A DNA stretch of 64,000 nt from an uncultured Candidatus Rokubacteria bacterium (GCA_963762145.1 CAVXJS010000011.1:448001-512000); one strand, 5' to 3'. Shown: positions 24,301 to 35,665, numbered from the stretch's first letter. The notes: a model not told the origin generated them from the sequence alone. Translations and numbers: made by a program.

Positions 24301-24321
24301 CCTCACGTAACATGACCTGAT

Positions 24322-25105
24322 ATGGCGGCGAAGGCCGGGATCTCCGCGGCGGTGTCAGAGCTGTCGACGCTCCACGAGGACGATCTCAGGCGACGCATCC
24401 TCGCCCGTCCGGTCCCGCGGCACGTGGCGGTCATCATGGACGGCAACGGCCGCTGGGCCACCAGCCGCGGGCTGCCGAGGGTGGCCGGGCACGGCGAGGG
24501 AGTGAAGTCGGTGCGCGCGGTCGTGCGCACCGCGGGCGAGCTCGGGATCGAGTTCCTCACCCTCTACGCGTTCTCCTCGGAGAACTGGAACCGGCCCCAC
24601 CAGGAAGTGTCGACCCTGATGACGTCTGCTCGAGCGCTCCATCGAGCGCGAGCTACCCGAGCTCATGGAGCGCAACGTGCGCTTCCGGGTGATCGGCCGG
24701 CCGGACGGGGTGCCCGCGCGGGTGGGCGAGCGCATCAAGCGACTCATCGAGACGACGTCGCGCAACACCGGCCTCACGCTGGTCATGGCCTTCAACTACG
24801 GGGGCCGCGACGAGATGGTGGACGCGGTGCGCGCGCTCGCGCGCGAGGTGCAGACCGGGCGGCTGCGGCCGGAAGACATCGACGAGGTCCGCGTCTCCCG
24901 CGCGCTCTACACCGACGGCATCCCCGATCCGGACCTGCTGATCCGCACGAGCGGAGAGCTGCGCCTCTCCAACTTCCTCCTGTGGCAGGTCGCCTACACC
25001 GAGCTCTGGATGACGCCGACCCTGTGGCCGGACTTCGGGGCGCGCGAGTTCTGCCTCGCGGTCGCCGACTTCCAGCAGCGGGACCGCCGCTTCGGAAGGG
25101 TCTGA
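24322..25105 (+). CDS. uppS: Undecaprenyl diphosphate synthase (frameshift near 24625)
   Basis: [31 protein letters not shown] and [16 protein letters not shown]. Confidence 0.95.
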
Positions 25106-25982
25106 TGGCGCAGGCGCAGGGCGTGCCGGTCGCCGGCTCGGTGGAGCAGACGACCCCGTCCCACCGCGGAGGCCTCGTGCGACGCGCTCCTGAGCACGCT
25201 GATCCTGCTGCCCCTCTTCGTGTGGATGGTGGTGAGCGGCCCGGTGTGGCTCTTCGGGGCTGGTCATGGTCCTCGCGGGCGCGCTCGGTCAGTGGGAGTT
25301 CACCGGCATGTTCGAGCGGGCGGGCGTGCGGACCTTCCGGGTGCTCGGCCTCGTGGGGGGCGCGCTCGTGACCGCGAGCTTCGCGCTGCCCCTGTCCGAG
25401 CGGCGTGGCCTTCACCGCGGTGCTACTCGCGCTGCTCGCGGTCGGCCTGTCTGCGGCCCCGGGACAATCGGCCGGTCTGGGAGCCGGTGGCGGTAACCCT
25501 GTTCGGGATCTGCTACGTGAACTGGCTCCTCGGCTACACCTTCTGGCTGCGCGGATCTGGACGACGGGCCGCGAGTGGATCCTGCTCCTCGTCTGCGGTC
25601 ACGTGGCTCGGCGAGACCGCGGCGTACCTCGTCGGCTCGACGATGGGCCGGCACAAGCTCGCCCCCGCGATCAGCCCCCGCAAGACGGTGGAGGGCGCGA
25701 TCGCCCAGCTCGTGATGTCGGTGCTCGCCGCGCTCGGCGCGCGCGCGACGTTCTTCCCCGCGCTCTCGCTGGAGGACGCGATCGCGGTCGGCTTCCTCCT
25801 CGGCGTGGTGGGCCAGGCCGGCGATCTCCTGGAGTCCGCGCATCAAGCGCAGCGTCGGCACCAAGGACACCGGGCAGCTCATCCCCGGCCACGGCGGGAT
25901 GCTCGACCGCGTCGACAGCCTGCTCTTCAACACGCCGGTCCTCTTCTACTACGCGACGTACGCGAGGGCCCTGGGCGCATGA
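25105..25982 (+). CDS. cdsA: Phosphatidate cytidylyltransferase (frameshifted)
   Basis: [15 protein letters not shown]...KR, and [13 protein letters not shown]. Confidence 0.92.
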
Positions 25983-27162
25983 AGCGGCTGATCGTGCTGG
26001 GGGTGACCGGCTCGGTGGGGCGGCGCACGCTCGAGCTCGTCGAGCATTTCCCGGACGACTTCCGGGTGGAGGGCATGGCGGCGCGCGGCTCCGATCCCGA
26101 GCTGCTCGCCGAGCTCTGCCGCCGTCACCGGCCCCGGGCGCTGGCCCTGGCCGACGCGTCGGCGATCGACGCGGTGGCGCGCGCGCTGCCGGGTCCCCGC
26201 GCCCGGAGCTCCTCGCCGGGCGCCGCGGGCATCGTGACCCTCGCGCGGCGAGGTGGAGGCCGACGTCGGTGCTCTCCGCCATCGTGGGCGGGGCGGGCCT
26301 CCTGCCCACCATGGCCGCGATCAAGAGCGGCAAGGCGCGTCGCGCTCGCCAACAAGGAAACGCTGGTGATGGCGGGCAGCCTGATGACCGCGGCGGCCCG
26401 CGAGCGCAGCGTCCCGCTGCTGCCGGTGGATTCCGAGCACAGCGCGGTCTTCCAGTGCCTCGAGGGCCACAACCGCGCCGAGGTGGGCCGGGTGCTGCTC
26501 ACCGCGTCGGGCGGCCCCTTCCGGACGATGAAGGCGGCGGACCTCGCGAAGGTCACGGTGGAGGAGGCGCTGAACCACCCGACGTGGCGAGATGGGCGCC
26601 AAGATCACGGTCGACTCGGCCACGCTCATGAACAAGGGCCTCGAGGTGATCGAGGCGCGCTGGCTCTTCGACCTCCAGCCCGAGCAGGTGCAGGTGGTGG
26701 TGCATCCGCAGTCCATCGTGCACTCGATGGTCGAGTACGTGGACGGCTCGGTCATCGCCCAGCTCGGCGTGGCCGACATGGGCATCCCGATCCTCTACGC
26801 GCTGACGTACCCCGAGCGCCTGCCCTGTCCGGCGGAGCGCCTGGATCTCACGCGGGTCGGGCCGCTCACCTTCGAGACGCCGGACGTGGAGCGCTTCCCG
26901 TGCCTGGCCCTGGCGCGCCGGGCCTTGCTCGAAGGCGGCTGCGCGCCGGTCATCCTGAACGCGGCCAACGAGGTCGCGGTGGCCGCGTTCCTCGAGGGCG
27001 CGTCTCCGCTTCACCCAGATTCCCGAGCTGATCGCGGAAGCGCTGGCGCGGGTGCCCGCGCAGGCGCTCGACAGCATCGACACGTGCGTGGACGTCGACA
27101 CCCGGACGCGGGCGGCGGTGCAGGACTGGCTGCCCGGCGGGGTCGCGGCCGCGATGAGATAG
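25979..27162 (+). CDS. dxr: 1-deoxy-D-xylulose 5-phosphate reductoisomerase (frameshifted)
   Basis: [47 protein letters not shown] and NAANEVAV. Confidence 0.95.
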
Positions 27163-27170
27163 GAAGCCTC

Positions 27171-28533
27171 ATGGCAACGGTGCAGATGCTCGTCTCGTTC
27201 GTGGTGGTCCTCGGCATCCTCATCATCGTGCACGAGCTCGGCCACTTCTTCATGGCCCGGCTCTGCGGGGTGGGGGTCGAGCGGTTCTCGGTCGGCTTCG
27301 GGCCCGTGCTCTGGCGGTTCCGGGGCAGGGAGACCGAGTACTGCCTGTCCCTGATCCCGATGGGCGGCTACGTGAAGATGATGGGTGACGACGAGAACCC
27401 GCTCGAGGGCGGCAAGGCGCCGACGGTGGATCCGGCCAAGGCCTTCAACAACAAGTCGCTCGCGGCCCGATTCATGATCGTCTTCGCGGGCCCCGCGATG
27501 AACTTCGTGCTGGCCGTCGCTCATCGCGGCCGCGATGTTCATGTTCATCGGCCGGCCGGTGGCGCCCGCCGAGGTGGGTCGCGTGACCGAGGGCGCGCCC
27601 GCCGGGCAGGCGGGGCTCCGGACCGGCGACCGCATCACCGCGGTGGACGGCAAGCCGGTGCAGTACTGGGAGGATCTGGCCCGGGTGGTCCAGACCGCCA
27701 ACGGCCGCCCGCTCGCGGTCACGGCGCAGGGGCGTGACGGCACCTCCCGCACGGTCGCCCTGACCCCGGTGCAGGCCAAGCGCAAGGATCTCTTCGGCGA
27801 CGATCAGGTCGTGTGGGAGATCGGCGCCTCGCCGTATCTCGCCCCCGCCATCGGGGACGTCATTCCGGGCGATCCCGCCGAGCAGGCGGGGCTCAAGGCG
27901 GGCGACGTGGTGACCGCGCTCGAGGGACAGCCGGTCATGTCCTGGGACGAGCTGGCCGAGAAGATCCACCAGCGCGCGGGCCAGCCGACGCGGCTCGAGG
28001 TCAGGCGCGGGACCGAGACGCTCACGATCACGGTGACGCCCAAGAAGGGCAAGGTCCCGGGGCCCGACGGCAAGGAGATGGAGGTCGGGCTGGTCGGGAT
28101 CCGCCCCGGCGGGGCCCCGGTGATGGTCCGCTCGAACCCGCTCTCCGCGATGTGGGAAGGGCTCGCGTGGTCCGCCGACGTGACGGCCAAGACCGGCATC
28201 GGCCTCTACAAGATCGTGGTCGGCCAGCTCGACCGCAGCAATATCGGCGGCCCGATCCAGATCGCCAAGACCGCGGGCGAGCAGGCGCGCCAGGGCATCG
28301 TGAGCCTCGCGCTCTTCACCGCGGTCATCAGCATCAACCTGTTCCTGCTCAACCTGCTGCCGGTGCCGATGCTCGACGGCGGCCACCTGCTCTTCTTCGC
28401 CTTCGAGGCGGTGCTGGGCCGGCCGCTCTCGGTGCGCAAGCGGGAAGTCGCCCAGCAGGTCGGCTTCGCGCTGCTCATGCTGCTCATGGTGTTCGCGTTC
28501 TACAACGACTTCAAACGGATCGGACTCTTCTGA
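27171..28533 (+). CDS. rseP: RIP metalloprotease RseP with two PDZ domains (frameshift near 27520)
   Basis: HELGH, AGPAMN and [12 protein letters not shown]. Confidence 0.93.
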
Positions 28534-28856
28534 TGGGCCAGTACGAGCGGCACGTGTTCGTGTGCACGGCGGGCGATGACTGCCCGGCCCAGGGCGCCGT
28601 CGAGCAGTACGTCAAGACGCTCCGGGCGGGCGTGGTCACCGCCCGCCGCCAGGTCGAGGTCCGCGTGAACAAGGCGGGCTGCTTCTCGCAGTGCGGCCAC
28701 GGTCCCATGATCGTGGTGTATCCGGAGAACGTCTGGTACGCGGGCGTCCAGGAGAGCGACCTCCCCGAGATCCTCGAGTCGCACCTCCTCAACGGGGTGC
28801 CGGTCAAGCGCCTGATCTACGATCCCGGCGTCAAGGGCGCCAACAAGGTCAAGTAG
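28533..28856 (+). CDS. Thioredoxin-like [2Fe-2S] ferredoxin
   Basis: HVFVC...C...GCFSQCGHGP.IVVYPENVWY. Coupled to rseP by a TGATG overlap. Confidence 0.85.
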   Translation: MGQYERHVFVCTAGDDCPAQGAVEQYVKTLRAGVVTARRQVEVRVNKAGCFSQCGHGPMIVVYPENVWYAGVQESDLPEILESHLLNGVPVKRLIYDPGVKGANKVK

Positions 28857-28863
28857 GCCCGCC

Positions 28864-30558
28864 ATGCGCTGGACCCGGTCGCTGATTCCCACGCTCCGGG
28901 ACGATCCCGCCGACGCGGAAGCCATCAGCCACAAGCTCATGGTGCGCGCCGGGCTCGTTCGCCAGCTCGCCGCCGGCATCTACGTCTACCTCCCGCTCGG
29001 GCTCCGGGTGCTCGAGAAGGTCAACGCGATCATCCGCGAGGAGATGAACGGCATCGGCGGGCAGGAGATCGAGATGCCGGTGCTCCATCCCGCCGAGCTC
29101 TGGCAGCAGTCCGGCCGGTGGGACGTGATCGGCGGGGAGATGTTCCGTCTCAAGGACCGCAACGGCCGCGACATGTGCCTCGGCATGACGCACGAGGAGG
29201 TCATCGCCTGGCTCGCCGCCCGCGAGATCCGCTCCTATCGCGACCTCCCGCAGATCTGGTACCAGATCCAGACCAAGGAGCGGGACGAGGCGCGCCCGCG
29301 CTCGGGCGTGCTCCGCACGCGCGAGTTCCTGATGAAGGACTCCTACACCCTCGATCCGGACGCGGCCGCGCTGGAGATCTCCTACAACGCGCACAAGGAG
29401 GCGTACTGCCGCATCTTCGACCGCTGCGGGGTCACCTACGTGGTCGTGCAGTCCGATCCCGGGATGATGGGCGGCTCGGGCTCCCACGAGTTCATGGCTC
29501 CCAGCGCGGCGGGCGAGGACGAGGTGGCCCTCTGCGACGCCTGCGGCTACGCCGCCAACGTGGAGCTGGCCCGCGGAGTGCCGAGCGCGCCTCCGGCGGG
29601 ACCCGGAGGGAAGGAAGAGGTGGCCACGCCGGGCGCGCGCACCATCGCGGAGGTGTCGGCCCAGCTCAAGATCGATCCGGCCGCCACGATCAAGTCTCTG
29701 GTCTTCATGGGACCCGACGGGCCGGTGCTGGCGCTGGTGCGCGGGGATCACGCGCTTCACGAGCGCAAGCTCGCCCGCGCACTCCGCGCGGAAGCCCGGC
29801 CGGCCCACCCGGGAGAGGTCCAGCAGCACCTCGGCGTGGCGCCGGGCTCCATCGGGCCGGTCGGCGTGCGCGGCGCCCGCATCATCGCGGACGAGTCGCT
29901 GCGCGAGGGGCGCTACGTGGTCGGGGCCAACCGTGAGGGGTTCCACCTGACCGGGGTGACGCCGGGCCAGGACTTCGCGTGCGACTGGGCCGACCTGCAG
30001 GTGGCCTTGGCCGGAGAGGGGTGCCCCACCTGCGGCAAGTCGCTCCGGATCGAGCGGGTCATCGAGGTGGGCAATATCTTCAAGCTCGGGACCAAGTATT
30101 CGGTGCCGCTCGGGGCCACGTACCTCGATGAGCGGGGCCAGCAGCAGCCGATCGTCATGGGTTCCTACGGGATCGGCCCGGCCCGGATCGCCGCGGCCGC
30201 GGTCGAGCAGCGCCACGATGCCGACGGCATCGTCTGGCCCTGGGCCATCGCCCCGTTCCACGTGCATCTGGTGCCGGTGGCGGTCAAGGATGCCGCGCAG
30301 ATGGCGGCCGCCGAGGAGATCTACCGGGATCTTCGGGCTGCCGGCTTCGACGTGCTCATGGACGACCGGGAGGAGCGGGCCGGCGTCAAGTTCAAGGATG
30401 CCGATCTGCTCGGGATCCCGATCCGGGTGACCATCGGCAATGCTCTCGCCAAGGAGGGCGCGGTCGAGCTGCGTCAGCGGAGCACTCGGGCCGACCGCCG
30501 GGTGCCCAGGGCCGAGGTGGTCGCGACGGTCCGGGAGATGGCGCAAACGATTTCATAG
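28864..30558 (+). CDS. proS: Proline--tRNA ligase
   Basis: THEEV, RDEARPRSGVLRTREF, GNIFKLGTKYS, MGSYGIG and GVKFKDADLLG. Confidence 0.97.
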   Translation: MRWTRSLIPTLRDDPADAEAISHKLMVRAGLVRQLAAGIYVYLPLGLRVLEKVNAIIREEMNGIGGQEIEMPVLHPAELWQQSGRWDVIGGEMFRLKDRNGRDMCLGMTHEEVIAWLAAREIRSYRDLPQIWYQIQTKERDEARPRSGVLRTREFLMKDSYTLDPDAAALEISYNAHKEAYCRIFDRCGVTYVVVQSDPGMMGGSGSHEFMAPSAAGEDEVALCDACGYAANVELARGVPSAPPAGPGGKEEVATPGARTIAEVSAQLKIDPAATIKSLVFMGPDGPVLALVRGDHALHERKLARALRAEARPAHPGEVQQHLGVAPGSIGPVGVRGARIIADESLREGRYVVGANREGFHLTGVTPGQDFACDWADLQVALAGEGCPTCGKSLRIERVIEVGNIFKLGTKYSVPLGATYLDERGQQQPIVMGSYGIGPARIAAAAVEQRHDADGIVWPWAIAPFHVHLVPVAVKDAAQMAAAEEIYRDLRAAGFDVLMDDREERAGVKFKDADLLGIPIRVTIGNALAKEGAVELRQRSTRADRRVPRAEVVATVREMAQTIS

Positions 30559-30589
30559 GCCGACGGATCGTCCGGCCGCCCGGCACCGC

Positions 30590-30618
30590 TTGCGGGGGCC
30601 CAATCCCTGTGCTAAAGT
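30590..30618 (+). promoter_or_regulatory. Promoter of the rimP-nusA-infB operon
   Basis: TTGCGG-17 bp-TAAAGT, with an extended -10 TG. Confidence 0.6.
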
Positions 30619-30622
30619 CCTG

Positions 30623-30652
30623 AAAAAAGTGGGCCGTCGCCCACTTTTTTTT
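30623..30652 (+). ncRNA. rimP leader (attenuator-like hairpin)
   Basis: AAAAAAGTGGGC-CGTC-GCCCACTTTTTTTT directly upstream of rimP. Matches the described AGUGGG/CCCACU rimP-leader terminator. Confidence 0.8.
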
Positions 30653-30665
30653 GTGGGGGTGCGGC

Positions 30666-31151
30666 ATGGCGGAAGATGCACAGTGGCTCGACCAGATCGA
30701 GGCGGTCGTGGAGCCTGTGCTCGCCTCGCGCGGCATGAACCTGGTCGACAGCGAGTGGCGCCGGGAAGGCCGGCGCTGGGTGCTTCGCCTCTTCGTGGAC
30801 AAGCCGGGCGGCGTGGGCATCGCCGATTGCCAGGCTTTCAGCCGGGAAGCCGGCGACGTGCTGGACGTGTCCGGGCTCATCGAGCCCTCCTACGATCTCG
30901 AGGTATCTTCGCCGGGGCTCGACCGGGTGCTGAAGAAGGACCGTGAGCTGGCCTGGGCGATCGGTCGGGACGTTCACTGCTGGGTGGCCGAGACCCTGGA
31001 TGGGCGGACGGAGTTCTCGGGCAAGCTCCTGGAGGTGTCCCCGGGGACACTGACCCTGGAGGAGCCGGTGGGGACGCGACGCGAGATCCCGCGCCGGCTG
31101 GTGACGAAGGCGAGGCTGGAAGTGATAGCGTTCGGGCGGGTGAAGCGATGA
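30666..31151 (+). CDS. rimP: Ribosome maturation factor RimP
   Basis: LRLFVDKPGGV...DC, and YDLEVSSPGLDR. Confidence 0.95.
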   Translation: MAEDAQWLDQIEAVVEPVLASRGMNLVDSEWRREGRRWVLRLFVDKPGGVGIADCQAFSREAGDVLDVSGLIEPSYDLEVSSPGLDRVLKKDRELAWAIGRDVHCWVAETLDGRTEFSGKLLEVSPGTLTLEEPVGTRREIPRRLVTKARLEVIAFGRVKR

Positions 31152-32524
31152 TGAACAAAGACCTCATATACGTGATCGAGCAGATCGGGCGCGAGAAGGG
31201 GATCTCCAAGGAGGTCCTTTTCGAGGCGCTGGAGTCTGCCCTCCTCTCGGCCTCCAAGAAGACGATGGGTGCGGCGGACAACGTGCGGATGGAGATCGAT
31301 CGCCGCACCGGTACGCTTCGGGTCTTCGCGCGCAAGAAGGTGGTGACCGCGGTCACCGATCCGAAGCTCGAGATCACCCTCGCGGAGGGCCGCCGGCTCA
31401 ACGGCGACGCGCAGCTCGAGGACGAGCTCGAGATCGAGCTGGCCCCCCAGGAGTTCGGGCGCATCGCGGCCCAGACCGCCAAGCAGGTGATCCTGCAGCG
31501 AGTGCGCGACGCCGAGCGGGACGCGGTGTACTCGGAGTTCATCGACCGGGAAGGCAAGATCGTCCGCGGCACCGTGCATCGCATCGAGAAGCGCAACGTG
31601 GTGGTAGAGCTCGGCAAGGCCGAGGCGGTCATCACCGAGCGCGAGCAGCTTCCCGGCGACCGGTTCAACCCGGGGGATCGACTGCGCGCCTACATGCTGG
31701 AAGTCAAGAAGACGGCCAAGGGCCCGCAGATCCTGCTCTCGCGCACGCATCCCGGCTTCCTGGTCCGGCTCTTCGAGACCGAGATCCCGGAGATCGCGGA
31801 GGGCATCGTGCTCGTGAAGGCGGCCGCCCGTGAGCCCGGCGAGCGGGCCAAGGTGGCGGTGTCGTCCACCAAGCGCGACGTGGACCCGATCGGGGCCTGC
31901 GTCGGTCTCCGGGGTACGCGCATCCAGGTCATCAGCCGGGAGCTGCGTGGCGAGAAGATCGACATCGTGGAGTGGTCGCCCGACTCGGCGGTGTTCGTGG
32001 CGCGCGCGTTGTCGCCCGCCAAGGTGTCGTCGGTCACGGTGTCCGAGCTCCCGGAGGGCATGCCCGAGGACGAGCTGCGCACCGTGCTCGTGGTCGTGCC
32101 CGACAATCAGCTCTCCCTCGCGATCGGCAAGAAGGGGCAGAACGCGCGGCTGGCCGCGAAGCTCACCGGCTTCCGGGTGGATATCAAGAGCGAGGGCGAG
32201 ATCGAGGAGGAGCGGCGCCGCGACGAGGAAGAGCGCGTGGAGGGCCGGCAGAAGCTCGGTGATCTGCCCGGGGTCGGCCCCCAGCTCGTGGAGCGCCTGG
32301 TGGACGCGGGGCTGCATTCGCCGTCCCGCGTCGTCGAGGGTGGGCTGTCCGCCCTGCAGGAGCTGCCGGGTATCGGCGAGGCCAAGGCGAGCGCGATCCT
32401 GGCCGCGGCCCAGGCATGGGTGGCCGAGCATCCGGAGCCGGCCGGGGGTGCCGAGCCGGAGCCGGAGGCGCCCGCGGTCGAGGACGGTGGATCGGAGATC
32501 GAGCCGACCCACTTGAGAAGCTGA
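31148..32524 (+). CDS. nusA: Transcription termination factor NusA
   Basis: FGRIAAQTAKQVI, AREPGERAK, DPIGACVG, LAIGKKGQNARLA, and C-terminal HhH repeats. Confidence 0.97.
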   Translation: MMNKDLIYVIEQIGREKGISKEVLFEALESALLSASKKTMGAADNVRMEIDRRTGTLRVFARKKVVTAVTDPKLEITLAEGRRLNGDAQLEDELEIELAPQEFGRIAAQTAKQVILQRVRDAERDAVYSEFIDREGKIVRGTVHRIEKRNVVVELGKAEAVITEREQLPGDRFNPGDRLRAYMLEVKKTAKGPQILLSRTHPGFLVRLFETEIPEIAEGIVLVKAAAREPGERAKVAVSSTKRDVDPIGACVGLRGTRIQVISRELRGEKIDIVEWSPDSAVFVARALSPAKVSSVTVSELPEGMPEDELRTVLVVVPDNQLSLAIGKKGQNARLAAKLTGFRVDIKSEGEIEEERRRDEEERVEGRQKLGDLPGVGPQLVERLVDAGLHSPSRVVEGGLSALQELPGIGEAKASAILAAAQAWVAEHPEPAGGAEPEPEAPAVEDGGSEIEPTHLRS

Positions 32525-32796
32525 AGCGGGCGACGCGCCCGCCTCGGCGCACCTGCATCGGCTGTCGCTCCGTGCGGGCGAAGGCGGAGTTGATCCGACT
32601 GGTGCGAGATGTCGGTGGGCTGGTGAGGGTTGATCGGGATGGGCGCGCGGCGGGGCGCGGCGCGTATGTGTGCGCCACGACCGAGTGCGTGGAGAAGGCG
32701 CTGCAGGCGGGACGGCTGGCGCACGCGTTCAAGGGTGCGAGCCGCGCGCCGCAGGAGCCCGCGGTGGACATTCTGGCGAGTTGGCCAAGGAGGTAG
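32521..32796 (+). CDS. ylxR: YlxR/RnpM (DUF448) family RNA-binding protein; start codon possibly CTG
   Basis: [14 protein letters not shown] and GRGAYVC, in the usual nusA-infB position. Confidence 0.85.
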   Translation: MKRATRPPRRTCIGCRSVRAKAELIRLVRDVGGLVRVDRDGRAAGRGAYVCATTECVEKALQAGRLAHAFKGASRAPQEPAVDILASWPRR

Positions 32797-32801
32797 CGCG
32801 C

Positions 32802-35342
32802 GTGGCGGCACGGGTCAAGGTCATCGATCTGGCGAAGGAGCTGGGCGTCACCAGCAAAGATTTGATCGTGGCGCTCGAAGGCATGGGCCACAAGGGCATG
32901 CGGGCCATGAGCCCTCTCCTCGCCGCGACGGCCAATGAGCTGCGGGTCAAGCTGGGCCGGGGGCGGGAGCTGCCCCCCGAGACCAAGCCCAAGCGCGCAC
33001 CCAAGCCCAAGGCCGCCGAGGGCGACGCGCCCGCGGCCGCGCCGAAGAAGAAGGCGACGGGCACGAAGAAGCGCGCCGCCAAGTCGGCCGAGGAGACGCC
33101 CGAGGTTGTCGAGCTCGCCCCGGCAGCCACCCTCGATGCGGTGAAGCCGGCCGCGACCATCTTCAGGCCTGCGCCCTCCGCGGTTCCACCCGCGCCGCCG
33201 GCCGAGCCCGCTCCGGCTCCGCCGATCGCGCCCGCCGCCGCGTCGGTCGCGCCGCCGGCCGCACCACCCCGGCCCACGACCCCGCCGGCTCCCGTACCCG
33301 GCGTCCGTCCGGCCGCGTCGGCCCCGCCGGTCGACGTGAGGCAGGCGCCACCGGTCCGGCGCGCCCCGGTGCCGCCGCCGCTGAATCCGCCGCGCACCGT
33401 GATCTCGCCGCCGCGTCCGGCCGCGCCCCCGGCTCCGCCGCGTCCGGCGGTGCCTGCGCGCCCGGCGGCGGCCGTCGCTGCGCCAGCCGCTCCGGCCGCG
33501 CCCGCCCCGACCCCCGCGCCGCCGGTCGCACCGCCTCCGGCTCCCCGGATTCCGGGTGGAGCGCTGCCGCCTCCGCCCGAGCCGCCGCAGGAGATCAAGC
33601 GCGAGCTGGTCAGGCTGCCCGAATCCGTCACGGTGGGTGAGCTGGCCGCCGCGATGCGCCGCAAGACCACCGAGGTGATCCGGGCCCTGGTGGACCTGGG
33701 CGTGATGGCGACCGTCAACGAGGTGCTCGATCCCACCGCGGCCAAGCTGGTCGCCGACAAGTTCCACTTCGACGTGCAGGTCCGCTCGATCGAGGGCGAC
33801 GTGCTCGAGGAGGAGGAGTCCGATCCGGCCCAGATGCGCCCGCGGCCGCCGGTGGTCACCGTGATGGGCCACGTCGACCACGGCAAGACCTCGCTCCTCG
33901 ACGCGATCCGCACCACCAAGGTGGCGGAGCGCGAGTTCGGCGGGATCACCCAGCACATCGGCGCCTACCAGGTGGATACGAGCCACGGTAAGGTCACCTT
34001 CCTCGACACGCCGGGCCACGAGGCGTTCACCGCGATGCGCGCCCGCGGGGCCCAGGCGACGGACATGGTGGTCCTGGTCGTCGCGGCCGACGACGGGGTG
34101 ATGCCTCAGACGGTGGAGGCGATCAACCACGCCAAGGCGGCCAACGTGCCGATCCTGGTCGCGGTGAACAAGATCGACAAGCCGGGCTCCGATCCGGACC
34201 GGGTCAAGCGCGAGCTGGCCAATCACGGTCTCGTGCCGGAAGACTGGGGCGGGCAGACCATCTTCATCCACACCTCGGCCAAGCGGGGCGACGGGATCCC
34301 GCAGCTGCTCGAGATGACCGCGCTGCAGGCCGAGATCCTCGAGCTGCGCGCCAATCCGGCCCGGGCCGGGCGCGGCGTGATCGTGGAAGGCCGGCTCGAT
34401 CGGGGCCGCGGCCCGGTGGCCACCGCGCTGATCCAGTCGGGCACGCTCAAGGAAGGCGACGCGGTGGTGGTCGGCTCGCACTCCGGCCGCGTGCGCGCCC
34501 TCTTCAACGACCGCGGGAAGAAGGTGCAGACCGCGGGGCCGTCCGATCCGGTCGAGATCCTCGGCCTTTCCGGCGTACCGCAGGCGGGGGACACGATGCT
34601 GGTGGTCGCCGACGAGCGCAAGGCGCGGCAGATCGCCACCGTGCGCAGCGAGCGCGACCGGCTCAAGGGCAAGAGCGCGACGCGGATCACCCTCGAGGAC
34701 CTGCACAAGCAGATCGAGGCGGGCGAGGTCAAGGAGCTGCGGCTCGTGCTCAAGGCCGACGTGCAGGGCTCGGTGGAGGCCCTGACCGAGTCGCTCGAGC
34801 GGCTCTCCACCGACGAGGTCAAGCTCAAGGTCATCCACAGCTCGGTGGGTACGGTGACCGAGTCGGACGTGATGCTCGCGTCCGCGTCCAACGCCATCGT
34901 GCTGGGCTTCAACGTCAAGGCCGATCCCAAGGCGGCCACGCAGGCCCAGGCCAACGGCGTGGACATGCGCAGCTACAACGTCATCTACGACGCGATCAAC
35001 GACGTGCGGGCCGCGCTCTCGGGTATGCTGGCTCCCGAGATCCGCGAGATGGTGCTGGGCCGGGCCCAGGTGCGCCAGCTGTTCCCCATCACCAAGGTCG
35101 GCACCATCTACGGCTCGTCGGTCACCGAGGGCAAGATGGTGCGCGGCGCCCGCGCCCGCATCAAGCGCGGCGAGACCCTGCTGGGCGAGGGGGTCATCGG
35201 CTCGCTCAAGCGCTTCAAGGACGACGTCCGGGAAGTGCTGCAGGGGCTCGAGTGCGGGGTCGGCATCGAGGGGATCAAGGGTGTGCAGCCCAACGACGTC
35301 ATCGAGGCCTTCAGCACGGAGGAGGTCGCCCGGACGCTCTAG
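32802..35342 (+). CDS. infB: Translation initiation factor IF-2
   Basis: [26 protein letters not shown] and NKID. Pro/Ala-rich linker. AAGGAGG RBS before GTG 32802. Confidence 0.97.
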   Translation: MAARVKVIDLAKELGVTSKDLIVALEGMGHKGMRAMSPLLAATANELRVKLGRGRELPPETKPKRAPKPKAAEGDAPAAAPKKKATGTKKRAAKSAEETPEVVELAPAATLDAVKPAATIFRPAPSAVPPAPPAEPAPAPPIAPAAASVAPPAAPPRPTTPPAPVPGVRPAASAPPVDVRQAPPVRRAPVPPPLNPPRTVISPPRPAAPPAPPRPAVPARPAAAVAAPAAPAAPAPTPAPPVAPPPAPRIPGGALPPPPEPPQEIKRELVRLPESVTVGELAAAMRRKTTEVIRALVDLGVMATVNEVLDPTAAKLVADKFHFDVQVRSIEGDVLEEEESDPAQMRPRPPVVTVMGHVDHGKTSLLDAIRTTKVAEREFGGITQHIGAYQVDTSHGKVTFLDTPGHEAFTAMRARGAQATDMVVLVVAADDGVMPQTVEAINHAKAANVPILVAVNKIDKPGSDPDRVKRELANHGLVPEDWGGQTIFIHTSAKRGDGIPQLLEMTALQAEILELRANPARAGRGVIVEGRLDRGRGPVATALIQSGTLKEGDAVVVGSHSGRVRALFNDRGKKVQTAGPSDPVEILGLSGVPQAGDTMLVVADERKARQIATVRSERDRLKGKSATRITLEDLHKQIEAGEVKELRLVLKADVQGSVEALTESLERLSTDEVKLKVIHSSVGTVTESDVMLASASNAIVLGFNVKADPKAATQAQANGVDMRSYNVIYDAINDVRAALSGMLAPEIREMVLGRAQVRQLFPITKVGTIYGSSVTEGKMVRGARARIKRGETLLGEGVIGSLKRFKDDVREVLQGLECGVGIEGIKGVQPNDVIEAFSTEEVARTL

Positions 35343-35363
35343 CGTCGAAGGGAGTCTCGACCA

Positions 35364-35654
35364 GTGTCGGGAGCGCGGGTGGCGGTGGGGACGGTCGAGC
35401 TGCACCTGCCGGATATCGGGTCGCTGAAGGGCAAGCGGCACGCGTTGAAGGGCTTGAAGGACACCTTGCGGCGCCGCTTCGAGATCTCGGTCGCCGAGGT
35501 GGATCACCACGATGTATGGCAGCGCGCGACCCTGGCGCTGGCCTGCGTCTCGGGCGACTCCCGCCACGCCAACGAGGTCATCTCCAAGGCCATGGACTAC
35601 ATCGAGGACCACGTGGACGGCTGGGTCACCGACATCCAGGTTGAGGTCTTGTGA
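35364..35654 (+). CDS. DUF503 (YlxP) family protein
   Basis: SLKGKR, RRRFEISVAEVDHHDVWQR; typical position after infB. Confidence 0.88.
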   Translation: MSGARVAVGTVELHLPDIGSLKGKRHALKGLKDTLRRRFEISVAEVDHHDVWQRATLALACVSGDSRHANEVISKAMDYIEDHVDGWVTDIQVEVL

Positions 35655-35665
35655 GGTGAGCCGAA

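Noticed and set aside
32960-33600. Pro/Ala-rich low-complexity repeats in infB
   Set aside because: This is the ordinary variable N-terminal linker of IF-2 in GC-rich bacteria.
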